Positions 45,359 through 54,948 of a stretch of DNA of 64,000 bases are shown piece after piece. Position 1 is the stretch's first letter. Each line of letters begins with the position of its first letter. This DNA is from Candidatus Methylomirabilota bacterium (GTDB taxonomy: Bacteria; Methylomirabilota; Methylomirabilia; Rokubacteriales; DASRDR01). Both the position numbers and the translations under genes were made by a program. The notes beneath the pieces are model-generated. The model saw nothing but the letters and a program-made list of their open reading frames with translations, ran no database searches and had not been told where the DNA came from. Where the stretch lies: the NCBI GenBank assembly GCA_036005065.1, contig DASYQW010000033.1, positions 21,989 through 85,988 on the forward strand, in the 5' to 3' direction.

Positions 45359-46530
45359 GGCGGGAGGCGCGAGCCTGCGCGCTCGTCGGCCTGCTCGCCC
45401 TGCTCCCCGGATGCGCGACTCCGGCCCCACCCGTCGTCCCCGTGGTCCAGGCGACCGAGGTGACGGCCCGCCCGCCGGCCCCGGCTCCGGCGGTGGCGCT
45501 GGCGGCGCCGAGCCCGCCACCGCCAGCGGCCGAGGGGACGGCGCCCTCGCCGCCGGCCCCCGCGCCCGAGCCCTCGCCGCTCCTTCAGCCGGTGAGGGAG
45601 AACCAGTCCTTCGTCACGGTGGGGAGCGTGCCCCAGTACCGGATCGGCCCCGGGGATGTCCTCGAGATCCTGCTGGCCACCGGACTCCCGCAGGACCGAC
45701 AGACGGCCGCCGTGAAGGCCAATGGCGCGGTGACCGTCGCGTTCTTCGAGGTGAACGTGGGCGGCTTGGCCCCGGAGCAAGCGGCGGCCGAGATCCAGCG
45801 GCAGCTCGCGCCCTACTACAAGCAGATCGCCGTCGAGGTGTTCGTCAAGGAATACAGCAAGAAGGTGACGGTGCTGGGCGCGATCGGCGGCAAGGTGGGA
45901 ACGGTTTCACTCCGGGGACGGACCACGTTGCTCGACCTGCTGGCCGAGGTGGGCGGGCCCGCGCCCACGGCCGACCTGGAGCGGGTGCGCGTCCTCCGAC
46001 CCGGGGCGCCTCCGGTCACGATCAACCTGTTCCGCCTCCTCGACGAGCCCCTCACCCAGACATTCGTCCTCGACGCCGGCGACGTCATCTTCGTGCCGGC
46101 GCAGGGCGCGGCCGTTCCCAGCGCCATCCCGAGCGCCACCGCCGGCCCCACCGAGATGCGGGGCGACGACCGCCGGGTCTTCATCCTGGGCGAAGTCCGG
46201 AGCCCGGGCGCGTTTCCCTTGTCCGCGAACATGCGCCTGTCCCAGGCGCTCACCCTGGCCGGCGGGCCGACCGACGTCGCCGTCCTGGAGAGCGCGCGGA
46301 TCATTCGCGGCGGGATCCAGAACCCCCAGATCGTGGAGGCGGACTTCCGAAGGCTGATCGAGCAGGGAGACGTGCGGCAGGACGTCCCGCTCCAGGCCAA
46401 CGACCTCATCGTCCTCCCCCGGAGCGGCATCGGCAACTGGAACGCCTTCATCGCCAAGATCAAGCCGACCCTGGAAGTCCTGACGTACCCGCTCGCATTA
46501 CCCGTCCAGATCAACGCCATCAGTCGCTGA
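45355..46530 (+). CDS. Polysaccharide export outer-membrane lipoprotein (Wza-like, Poly_export + SLBB)
   Basis: It has a lipobox LLPGC and a Pro/Ala-rich linker. The GTG start overlaps the upstream TGA (GTGA). Confidence 0.8.
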   Translation: MRREARACALVGLLALLPGCATPAPPVVPVVQATEVTARPPAPAPAVALAAPSPPPPAAEGTAPSPPAPAPEPSPLLQPVRENQSFVTVGSVPQYRIGPGDVLEILLATGLPQDRQTAAVKANGAVTVAFFEVNVGGLAPEQAAAEIQRQLAPYYKQIAVEVFVKEYSKKVTVLGAIGGKVGTVSLRGRTTLLDLLAEVGGPAPTADLERVRVLRPGAPPVTINLFRLLDEPLTQTFVLDAGDVIFVPAQGAAVPSAIPSATAGPTEMRGDDRRVFILGEVRSPGAFPLSANMRLSQALTLAGGPTDVAVLESARIIRGGIQNPQIVEADFRRLIEQGDVRQDVPLQANDLIVLPRSGIGNWNAFIAKIKPTLEVLTYPLALPVQINAISR

Positions 46531-46537
46531 GCGAAGA

Positions 46538-48880
46538 ATGGCCCAGTACGACATCAACCTGAGAGACTACCTGCGGATCCTCCGGCGCCGGAAAGGGATC
46601 ATCATCCTGGTCCCGCTGATCTTCGGCGCGTTCTCGTTCGGCTTCGCCCTCCTTCAGGCACCCCGGCCTCTCTATCGGACGACCGCCGTCGTGAAAGTCG
46701 AGCGGTCGGTGAACCTGACCGGGCTCCTGCAGGAGCTCGTGACCTTCACCCCGGTGGGCAACGTGGAGACACAGGCCGCCCTCATCAAGAGCTTTCCCGT
46801 GATGAGCCTGGCCTCGAAGAAGCTCGGGCTCATCCCCACCGGTGCCACCAGGGAGGAGATCCAGGCCTCACCCAAGTACCTCGGCGCGATCAACCGGCTC
46901 CAGGACAGCCTCTCCGTGAAGCTCGGCGAGGGGACGAGCCTCATCGAGATCAGCGTGACCTCGTACGATCCCGAAGAGGCGGTCCGCTTCGCCAACAGCG
47001 TCGCCGACGCGTTCCAGGAGGACAATTTCACGACCCGCAGCCGCCAGGTCCGGGAGGCCCGCGAGTTCATCGAGCGGCAGCTCGGGGAGGTCGGCGCGAC
47101 GCTGCGAGCCTCCGAGAACGAGATCAAGGGGTTCAAGCAGGCCCACCGGATCTTTCTCTTTCCGGAGGAGACGAAGGCGTCCCTCGGCCGACTCGGCGCC
47201 CTGGAGGCCGAGCTGGCGGTGGCTCGGCGGTCGATCGACGACACCCAGGGGCAGCTCGAGCTGCTCAAGGCCGCCAGAGCCGGCCCGCGTCCCGGCGGCT
47301 TCTCCGCCGACGGCGCCGATCCCGCGCTCGCCAAGCTGCTGAACTCGCTGGCCGACCTCACGGCCCAGCGCGACACGCTGCTGGTCAACCTCCGTCCCGC
47401 CCATCCCCAGGTCAAGCAGCTCGAGGCCCAGATCGCCAACGTCGAGGACAGCATCCGGGCAGCCCTATCCTCTCGCCTCCAGACGCTGAGGGCACGGGCC
47501 GACGAGATCCAGCGGACCATCGCCACCCTGCGCCAGGAGCAGGCGACCATCCCGGAGGCCGAGCTCCAGCTGGCGCGCATGGAGCGGGACATCAAGGTCA
47601 GCGAGCGCCTGTTCTCCTTGCTCAAGGAGAAACACCAGGAGGCGCTGATCCGCGAGAAGGAGCAGGTGGGCGACGTCAGCCTGGTCAAGCCGGCGATCCT
47701 CTCCCGCCGGCCGATCAACCCGCCCCAGGCCGGGTCGAAGGCCGCCGCCGGGCTGGTCATCGGCCTCGTCCTGGGACTGGTGCTGGCCTTCGTGGTCGAG
47801 GCCCTGGACACCTCGATCGGCGCCATCGACGACGTCGAGTCGTTCCTGGAGAGCCCGGTCCTCGGCGTCATCCCGCACCTCGACATCAAGGGGGAGTTGA
47901 GCGACGAGCCCGATCAGCCGCCGCTGGATCGAGAGACCGAGGAGAAGTACGCCTTCCTCATCAGCCTGTTTCTCCCCAACTCCCGCGCCGTCGAGGCCAT
48001 GCGAGCGCTCCGGACGAACCTGCTCTTCACCGGGCTCGAGCAGGACCTGAAGATGGTCATGGTCACCAGTGCGACCCCGATGGAAGGGAAGACCACCATC
48101 GCCATCAACCTGGCCATCCTGCTCGCCCAGCTCGGGAAGCGGACGCTCCTCATCGAGGCGGACCTCCGCAACCCGTACCTGCACCACGCATTCGGAATCC
48201 CGAAGGAGCCGGGATTCACCGACGTGGTCATCGGGAGCGCGCGGATCGACGAGGCGATCCTGACCTTCTCGGACTTCATCCTCGGCAAGGCGGGGCTGGA
48301 AAGCCTCATCGAGCGGCCGGGCATCGATAACCTGTTCCTCCTTCCCAGCGGTCACCAGCCACCCAACCCGACGGAATTCCTGAGCGCCCAGGCGCTGACG
48401 AGCCTCCTGGCCGAGGTGCGCCAGCGGTATGACTTCGTCATCCTCGACTGTGCCCCCGTCCTGCCGGTGGCGGACCCGACCATCCTGGGCTCGCGGGTCG
48501 ATGGCACCCTCCTGGTCGTTCGGGTCGGAAGTGTGGCGCGGGCGGCCTTGCGGCGGGCCAAGGCGCTGCTCGAAGCGGCGCGGGCCCGCGTGCTCGGCGT
48601 CTGCCTCACCGGAGTGAAGGCCGAGGTGAGCCCCGACTACGCGGAAATGGGCTACTACCGATACCGGTACGGGGCGCGGAGGGGGGAGTCGGCCCAGCCG
48701 GCCGGACCGCTGGGACGCGTGCGGGCGGCCTTCACCGACCGGGTGAGCGGACTCGTCGGGCTGTCGGTCCTGTTGGTCGCTCTGGCGGCGGTGTACTGGG
48801 CGGTCCGCCTCGGCTACCTGACGCTCACCTTCCTCTCCACCCTCGTCATCGGGCTGGCCCGCCTGGTCGGCCTGGGCTGA
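46538..48880 (+). CDS. Polysaccharide co-polymerase / BY-tyrosine autokinase (Wzc-like) with an extra C-terminal TM extension
   Basis: It has a Wzz-like N-terminal region and kinase Walker A (GKTT) ...DFVILDCAP. The Tyr cluster YYRYRY is followed by ~60 aa with hydrophobic helices. Confidence 0.85.
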   Translation: MAQYDINLRDYLRILRRRKGIIILVPLIFGAFSFGFALLQAPRPLYRTTAVVKVERSVNLTGLLQELVTFTPVGNVETQAALIKSFPVMSLASKKLGLIPTGATREEIQASPKYLGAINRLQDSLSVKLGEGTSLIEISVTSYDPEEAVRFANSVADAFQEDNFTTRSRQVREAREFIERQLGEVGATLRASENEIKGFKQAHRIFLFPEETKASLGRLGALEAELAVARRSIDDTQGQLELLKAARAGPRPGGFSADGADPALAKLLNSLADLTAQRDTLLVNLRPAHPQVKQLEAQIANVEDSIRAALSSRLQTLRARADEIQRTIATLRQEQATIPEAELQLARMERDIKVSERLFSLLKEKHQEALIREKEQVGDVSLVKPAILSRRPINPPQAGSKAAAGLVIGLVLGLVLAFVVEALDTSIGAIDDVESFLESPVLGVIPHLDIKGELSDEPDQPPLDRETEEKYAFLISLFLPNSRAVEAMRALRTNLLFTGLEQDLKMVMVTSATPMEGKTTIAINLAILLAQLGKRTLLIEADLRNPYLHHAFGIPKEPGFTDVVIGSARIDEAILTFSDFILGKAGLESLIERPGIDNLFLLPSGHQPPNPTEFLSAQALTSLLAEVRQRYDFVILDCAPVLPVADPTILGSRVDGTLLVVRVGSVARAALRRAKALLEAARARVLGVCLTGVKAEVSPDYAEMGYYRYRYGARRGESAQPAGPLGRVRAAFTDRVSGLVGLSVLLVALAAVYWAVRLGYLTLTFLSTLVIGLARLVGLG

Positions 48881-48911
48881 ACGCCACCCGGGGCAGCCGT
48901 CTCGCTCGGTG

Positions 48912-50342
48912 ATGAAGACCCCGGTCAGCTCCCCGACGGCAATCGCTCTTCTCTTCGCGGGAGGGCTCGCGCTCGTGATGGCGTGGGTGCTGGCGCAGGC
49001 CTCGCTCCCGCTGGGGCTGGGCGTCGGCGTCATCGTCGTCGTCCTGTTCGTCGCCTTCGTCAGCAACGAGGCCGCGCTCTACCTCCTGATCTTCTCGATG
49101 CTCCTCGGCCCTCAGCTCGTCGCCGGCGACATCGGCGGCGGGCAACTGGGACGAGGCCTCACCCTCCGCCTCGACGATTTCCTCCTCGTCATCGTGGGGG
49201 TGGCCTGGGTGGCCAAGACCGCGCTCTACAAGGAGGTGGGCCTGGTCTTCCGGACCCCCCTGAACCACTCCATCGCCGCCTACTCCTTCGCCGCCGTTTT
49301 CGCCACCGGCCTCGGCATCCTGGCGGGGCGCGTGGCGGTCATGGGAGGCATCTTCTTCACCCTGAAGTACATCCAGTACTTCGTCATCTACTTCATGGTC
49401 GTGAACAATCTGCGGGAGCGGAAGCAGTTCGAGCGCTTCCTGTGGGCGCTCCTGGCCACCTGCGCCATCGTGAGCGTGATCGGGATGCTGCAGATCCCAT
49501 CGGGCCAGCGCGTCTCGGCCCCCTTCGAGGGGCCGCAGGGGGAACCCAACACGTTCGGGGGCTATCTCGTCCTCATGCTGGCGCTGGTGGCGGGGTTGTT
49601 GATGACGACCAGGTCGACCCGACTGAAGATCGTCCTCCCGTGTCTCGCCCTGGTGATCATCACGCCCATCTTCTTCACGCTCTCGCGGGCTTCCTACCTC
49701 GCCCTGATTCCCCTGGCCCTGACCCTCTTCGTCTTCAGTGAGCGCAAGCTGTTCCTGGCGGCGTTCTTCGCCGCCACGCTGGCCTTGACTCCATTCTTCA
49801 TCCCCGAGGCCGTCGTCGACCGCGTCCGTTACACTTTCAGCCAGCCGCCCGAAGCGGGGCAGAAGCAGCTCGGGGGCGTTCGGGTCGACACCTCCACGTC
49901 GGCCCGCCTGGAGAGCTACGAGCAGGTCCTCTTGCGGGACTGGCTCGAGCATCCCCTGTTCGGCTACGGGGTGACCGGCTACCGATTCCTCGACGCCCAG
50001 TATCCGCGGACCCTGGCCGAGACGGGCCTGGTGGGCTTTCTCGCGTTTCTGTGGCTCCAGGCCGCGCTGTTCCGCGAGGCCTACGGCGTCCTCAAGACGA
50101 CCCAGGACCCGCTCTTCCGGGGGGTTGCCCTGGGTTTCCTGTGTGGGTTCGTCGCCCTCATCACCCACGCGATCGGGACCAATACCTTCATCATCGTCCG
50201 GATCATGGAGCCCTTCTGGTTCCTGGCCGGGATGGTCATCATGATTCCCCAGCTGGAGGCGAGCCAGGCCACTCCCGCCGTGGCCGCGGCGTCCAGGCCG
50301 TCATGGGCGCGTCGAGGGAGGCCGCTCCCGATCGCCTCCTGA
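48912..50342 (+). CDS. O-antigen ligase/polymerase family membrane protein (Wzy_C-like)
   Basis: Multi-TM product with FFTLSRASYLALIPL and a periplasmic loop. The ATG lies 3 nt after a GTG. Confidence 0.65.
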   Translation: MKTPVSSPTAIALLFAGGLALVMAWVLAQASLPLGLGVGVIVVVLFVAFVSNEAALYLLIFSMLLGPQLVAGDIGGGQLGRGLTLRLDDFLLVIVGVAWVAKTALYKEVGLVFRTPLNHSIAAYSFAAVFATGLGILAGRVAVMGGIFFTLKYIQYFVIYFMVVNNLRERKQFERFLWALLATCAIVSVIGMLQIPSGQRVSAPFEGPQGEPNTFGGYLVLMLALVAGLLMTTRSTRLKIVLPCLALVIITPIFFTLSRASYLALIPLALTLFVFSERKLFLAAFFAATLALTPFFIPEAVVDRVRYTFSQPPEAGQKQLGGVRVDTSTSARLESYEQVLLRDWLEHPLFGYGVTGYRFLDAQYPRTLAETGLVGFLAFLWLQAALFREAYGVLKTTQDPLFRGVALGFLCGFVALITHAIGTNTFIIVRIMEPFWFLAGMVIMIPQLEASQATPAVAAASRPSWARRGRPLPIAS

Positions 50343-50368
50343 GCCCGCGACCGTTCCAGGCCCCGCGA

Positions 50369-51787
50369 ATGAGTACCGCGAGTCCCATCCTCCGAAACGC
50401 CACCGCCCTCGTGGTGGCCCAGCTCGTCACCAAGGCCGTCAACGTCGCGGTGTCGGTCGCCATGGTCCGCTGGCTCGGCGCCCTGGAGCTCGGGCGCTAT
50501 GCCTACATCCTCGCCTTCTGCTTCCCGTTCGGCGCGGTCGCCGATTTCGGGCTGGCGACCCTGGCGATCCGGGAGATCAGCCGCGACCGCAGCCGCGCGG
50601 GAGTGGTGCTGGCCACGCTCCGTCGGTTGCTCCTGGGGTTGACGGGGATCTCGGTCGCGGCCATGGTGATCCTCGCCGCGCTCACGCGCCACGATTCCGA
50701 GACCCTCCTGGGCATCGCCCTCGTCGGGCTGTCGAGCGTGCTTTCGGCCGGCACCACCCCGTCGCTGGTGGCCCTGACGGCGCGGGAGGCGATGGACCTG
50801 GTCTCGCTGCATCGGATCGCGGCCTCCGTGGTAGGCTCCCTGCTCACGGTCGCCGTCCTCCTGATGGGAGGCACGGTCCTGCCCCTCCTGCTCGCGGCGG
50901 CGGGAACCAACCTGGCGATGCTGGGCCTGGGTCGGTGGCTGGCCGGCGATGTCGGAGTCCCGCTCCGGATTCCCGGCTCGGCGCTGCGGGCCATGCTCCG
51001 CCAGGCCATCCCGTTCGGGCTGCTCATGGTGGGCTTCGCCCTGTACTACCGCATCGACATGGTCATGCTCGAGTGGCTCCGGGGGCCGCGGGAGGTCGGG
51101 CTCTATGCGGCGGCGTACCGATTCCTCGACGCGATGGTGGTCCTGGCGGCCTCACTCGGCGGTCCCTTCTTCCCGCGTCTGTCGAAGCTCGTGAAGGGCC
51201 ACGAGCCGGAAGCACGGGCCCTCCTCGAGAACGCCTGGCGACCCCTGCTGGCGCTCGGGCTCCCTCTCTCGCTCGGGACGTTCCTCCTGGCCGACGACCT
51301 CACCCGGGCCTTGTTCGGTGCCGACTTCGCGCTGGCGGGCGGCCTCTTGCGGGTCCTGATCTGGGGCACCCTGCCGCTGTTCTGGATCAACGTGGCCAAT
51401 CACGCCCTCATCGCCGCCGATCGGGTGTGGGCCCTGGCCGGCGTCTACGGGGCCGGCCTCCTCGCCAACGTCGTCGGCAACCTGATCCTGATTCCGCGCT
51501 GGGGCGCCTGGGGGGCCAGCATCGCCACGCTCGCCTGTGAGTGGCTCACGCTGGCGCTGGTGGTACGCCTCATCCAGCGCCGGTTCACGGTGTCGTTCTC
51601 CGCCGACGGCCTCTGGCGGTACGTCCCGGCCGCGGCGGGCATGGCGCTCTGCATGTGGCTGGGACGGGGCTTCGGCCTGGCGGCCGAGATCGTGCTGGGG
51701 GCGCTGGCGTACGCCGGCGGGCTGCTCCTGCTCGGCTACCTCCGGAGCGCCGACATGCTGGCGGTCAGGCGCCTGCTGGCCGGGTGA
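50369..51787 (+). CDS. Oligosaccharide flippase (Wzx, MOP superfamily)
   Basis: 472-aa product, ~12 TM, with Polysacc_synt-type N-terminus MSTASPILRNATALVVAQLVTKAVN. Confidence 0.75.
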   Translation: MSTASPILRNATALVVAQLVTKAVNVAVSVAMVRWLGALELGRYAYILAFCFPFGAVADFGLATLAIREISRDRSRAGVVLATLRRLLLGLTGISVAAMVILAALTRHDSETLLGIALVGLSSVLSAGTTPSLVALTAREAMDLVSLHRIAASVVGSLLTVAVLLMGGTVLPLLLAAAGTNLAMLGLGRWLAGDVGVPLRIPGSALRAMLRQAIPFGLLMVGFALYYRIDMVMLEWLRGPREVGLYAAAYRFLDAMVVLAASLGGPFFPRLSKLVKGHEPEARALLENAWRPLLALGLPLSLGTFLLADDLTRALFGADFALAGGLLRVLIWGTLPLFWINVANHALIAADRVWALAGVYGAGLLANVVGNLILIPRWGAWGASIATLACEWLTLALVVRLIQRRFTVSFSADGLWRYVPAAAGMALCMWLGRGFGLAAEIVLGALAYAGGLLLLGYLRSADMLAVRRLLAG

Positions 51788-51793
51788 CCCGCG

Positions 51794-52498
51794 ATGCTTC
51801 GCTGGCTCGGGAGACTTTACCTCCCGTATCACCACCGGTCGGCGCGCCAGAGATCCGACCACCCTATCCAGCACGCGCGGCGCATGCTCGAGCTGGTCCG
51901 GGCTCGACACGGGCGCCCTCGGCTCCTGTGTGACCTCGGCTCCGGGACCGGGCCCTCGCCCCTCCAATCCCTCTGGGATGGCCGGCGCCTGGCCATCGAC
52001 CTCGTGCCAGGCCCGGGCCTCGACGTGGCCGCCGACGGGCAGCGGCTGCCGCTGCGGGACAAGAGTGTGGACGCGGTGCTCCTGATGGAAGTCCTGGAGC
52101 ACGTCCCGGATCCCCTGGGGATCCTCCGGGAGTGTGCGCGGGTCCTCACGCCTGGCGGGTACCTGTGCCTGACGGTGCCCCAGTACCACATCACTCACGA
52201 CCATCCGGGCGACTTCTACCGGTACACCCGCCAGGGCCTCGAGCACCTCTGCCGAGAAGCCGGGCTCCGTGTGCTGGACGCCTGGGCCACGGGAGGGGCG
52301 CTCCTCGTGGTGTTCCACGCCATCGAGCTGAATTTGCCACCGAAGCTCAGAATCCTGTTCGTCGGCCTCACCCATCGCCTGTTCGACTGGCTTGACGGGC
52401 GCGTCTGCGGGCACGGGAATCGGCCGGGCGCTCGAGACGCCCTGGGCTGGGCCCTCGTCGCCACCCGAAAGTGCGCCCAATCGCCGGCATGGCCATGA
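51794..52498 (+). CDS. Class I SAM-dependent methyltransferase (Methyltransf_11-like) #1
   Basis: LLCDLGSGTGP ... VDAVLLMEVLEHVPDP. Confidence 0.75.
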   Translation: MLRWLGRLYLPYHHRSARQRSDHPIQHARRMLELVRARHGRPRLLCDLGSGTGPSPLQSLWDGRRLAIDLVPGPGLDVAADGQRLPLRDKSVDAVLLMEVLEHVPDPLGILRECARVLTPGGYLCLTVPQYHITHDHPGDFYRYTRQGLEHLCREAGLRVLDAWATGGALLVVFHAIELNLPPKLRILFVGLTHRLFDWLDGRVCGHGNRPGARDALGWALVATRKCAQSPAWP

Positions 52499-53226
52499 GC
52501 GGTACGAGCGCGATGCGGCTCTTGACACTCGAGATCGGGAGTGGAAATGCCCCTGACCCGCGGGCTGATGTGCTCGTCGACCTGCACGTCTGGGATGACT
52601 CCGAGCGGAGTCGGATGGAACCCATCCGGCGGGATTCCAGACCGCTGATCGTCGCTGACGGAATCGCGCTCCCCTTCGCGGACAAGAGCTTCGACCTCGC
52701 CCTGGCCATCGGCGTCCTCGAGCACACCGACGATCCGGTCGCCTTCCTGAGCGAGATGTCCCGCGTGGCACACCGAGGCGTGGTCCACGTCCCCACGACG
52801 TTCGCCGAGCGGGTGTTCTACAGGCCATTCCACAAGTTCACCTTCGCCCTCGACGGCGATACGCTGCTGATCCGGCGCAAGAGCTTTCCCGACGTGTTCG
52901 GAGGTCTCTTCGATTACCTCGCGCACTTCGACGAGGACTTCGTTCGGTTCGCCCAGAACCACCGCTGGCTCTTCAATCTGACCTACGAGTGGGCGGGCCG
53001 CGCTTCCTACCGGCTGGAGGAGTACGATGCGGCCCGTCTCGAATTCGCTCCCTTCCAGCGCACGTACGATGGGCGACCGTTCAAGTTCCAGCTCTGCGTG
53101 AGCGAGCTGTTGCCGACCCAAGTGGAGCGCCTGCTCGCCCAGGAGGTACCCGTCTCGTGGCGGCGGCGCGTGCGCGACTGGATGAAGCGGGCCGCGGGTG
53201 CCATCGGGGCGCGGGCCCTTCCGTGA
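52495..53226 (+). CDS. Class I SAM-dependent methyltransferase #2
   Basis: LEIGSGNAP...FDLALAIGVLEHTDDP. The ATG overlaps the upstream TGA (ATGA). Confidence 0.7.
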   Translation: MSGTSAMRLLTLEIGSGNAPDPRADVLVDLHVWDDSERSRMEPIRRDSRPLIVADGIALPFADKSFDLALAIGVLEHTDDPVAFLSEMSRVAHRGVVHVPTTFAERVFYRPFHKFTFALDGDTLLIRRKSFPDVFGGLFDYLAHFDEDFVRFAQNHRWLFNLTYEWAGRASYRLEEYDAARLEFAPFQRTYDGRPFKFQLCVSELLPTQVERLLAQEVPVSWRRRVRDWMKRAAGAIGARALP

Positions 53227-53260
53227 TGGCCGTGATAGGCCCCCACGGCTGGAGCCTGGC

Positions 53261-53950
53261 TTGACGGCGCCCAGGTGCCGGACGTCCTACGCGGATCACC
53301 GGCTCGATCTGCGCGAGTCGCGGCTGACCAAGCTGCTCGCGTTGCTCGCGGATGAGCGGCGGGGTCGCCTGCTGGACATCGGCTGTGCCGCTGGAGAGCT
53401 GGCCGAGCTCCTCCAGACCCTCGGGTGGCAGGCCGAAGGTGTGGACCGTGAGCCGGCCCTGGTGGAGCGGGCCCGGGGGCGCGGCATCGCGGTCCGCCGT
53501 GCCGATTTCGAGCGTGACCCGCTGCCGTGGGACTCGGCCACCTTCGACGCCGCAGTGGCGGGCGAGGTCATCGAGCACGTGATCGATACCGATCACCTCC
53601 TGCACGAAGCCGCGCGGGTCCTCCGCCCGAATGGCGTGCTGATCGTCACCACGCCCAACCTGGCCAGCCTCGAGAACCGAGTCCGGCTCCTGCTCGGTCG
53701 TTATCCGATGTGGATGGATCATGGGATCGAGGGGAGCGGTCACCTGCGCTACTACACCCCCGGACTGCTCCAGCGCCAGCTCGAGCAACACGGGTTCCGC
53801 GTCGAGCGGCACGTGGGGAACTGGGTCCCCTTCCTCCCGCAGCGATGGGTGGACGACCGAAAGTGGCCCTGGCTGGCGGTGACAGGCGACTGGTGGCCCT
53901 CGCTGGCGATGGGGATCCTGATGAAGGCTCGACGGAGCATGCCCGCGTGA
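53261..53950 (+). CDS. Class I SAM-dependent methyltransferase #3
   Basis: LLDIGCAAGELAE...FDAAVAGEVIEHVIDTDHLL. A TTG start after a GGAG RBS was assumed; the track ORF starts at a GTG at 53198, so the start is uncertain. Confidence 0.65.
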   Translation: MTAPRCRTSYADHRLDLRESRLTKLLALLADERRGRLLDIGCAAGELAELLQTLGWQAEGVDREPALVERARGRGIAVRRADFERDPLPWDSATFDAAVAGEVIEHVIDTDHLLHEAARVLRPNGVLIVTTPNLASLENRVRLLLGRYPMWMDHGIEGSGHLRYYTPGLLQRQLEQHGFRVERHVGNWVPFLPQRWVDDRKWPWLAVTGDWWPSLAMGILMKARRSMPA

Positions 53951-54948
53951 GCGAGACGCCGCTGGTCTCCGCCATCGTCCTGAATTACAACGGCGCCCAC
54001 CTCCTGGCGGACTGCTTGAAGACCCTCGGTCAGCAGGACTGGCCGGCATTCGAGATCCTGGTGGCGGACAACGGCAGCGTGGACGACAGTCAGGCCGTGT
54101 GCGGGGACTACGACGTCCGCTGGCTGTCCATGGGAGAGAACCTCGGGTTTTCCCGCGCGAACAACCGAGCCGGGGCCGAGGCGCGCGGGCGGTATCTGTT
54201 CTTCGTCAACAACGACATGCGCTTCGCTTCGGACTGCGTCTCGCGGCTGGCCCGAGCTCTCGAGTCCGACCCCTCGCTGTTCGCCGCGGACCCGACGCAG
54301 CTCGACTGGGAGGGCAGCCGGGTGATCCACGGCCGGACTCGGCTCGTGCCCGGCAGCTACCGGGACACCGTGATCCCTCCGTTCGCGGTCGAGTACACGG
54401 CCGACGCGACGGGTCCGGTCGAGGTTCCGTGGGGCTGCGCGGGCAGCCTCCTGGTGCGCCGCGACCGGTTCGGCGCCCTCGGGGGATTCGACCCGACGTT
54501 CTTCATCGACTTCGAGGACACGGACCTGTGCTGGCGCGCCTGGCGGCGGGGCTGGCGGACCGTCTACGTGCCCGAGGCGGTCCTTCATCACCGGGTCGGC
54601 ATGTCCGGGGACGAGTTCCAGCACCTCGTCCGTCGGGTGGGGCCGGCCCGGGTGCCGAAATTCTGGTTCCGCCGCCGGGTGAGCTATCACACGAACCTTC
54701 TCCGGTTCGCCCTCAAGTGCCTGCCGGCGGGGACGGTGGCCCGCCTCGCGGGTCATCTGATCGCCCGCGCGGGGTGGCATGTGTCCCGGCGGAACCCCAA
54801 GATCGCCCTGGCCATCGGCCTGGCCTTTCTGAACAACGTGCGGCTCCTTCGGGGAACGCGGGCCGCGCGGCGCGACGTCGAGCGCACCCAGGTGCTCGAT
54901 CACGCGTCGCTGATGCGGCGGTTCGCACCCCCGAACAACCCGCGATGA
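53947..54948 (+). CDS. Family 2 glycosyltransferase (GT-A)
   Basis: VSAIVLNYNGAHLL...VADNGSVDDS...DxD-type FFVNNDM. The GTG start overlaps the upstream TGA (GTGA). Confidence 0.8.
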   Translation: MSETPLVSAIVLNYNGAHLLADCLKTLGQQDWPAFEILVADNGSVDDSQAVCGDYDVRWLSMGENLGFSRANNRAGAEARGRYLFFVNNDMRFASDCVSRLARALESDPSLFAADPTQLDWEGSRVIHGRTRLVPGSYRDTVIPPFAVEYTADATGPVEVPWGCAGSLLVRRDRFGALGGFDPTFFIDFEDTDLCWRAWRRGWRTVYVPEAVLHHRVGMSGDEFQHLVRRVGPARVPKFWFRRRVSYHTNLLRFALKCLPAGTVARLAGHLIARAGWHVSRRNPKIALAIGLAFLNNVRLLRGTRAARRDVERTQVLDHASLMRRFAPPNNPR

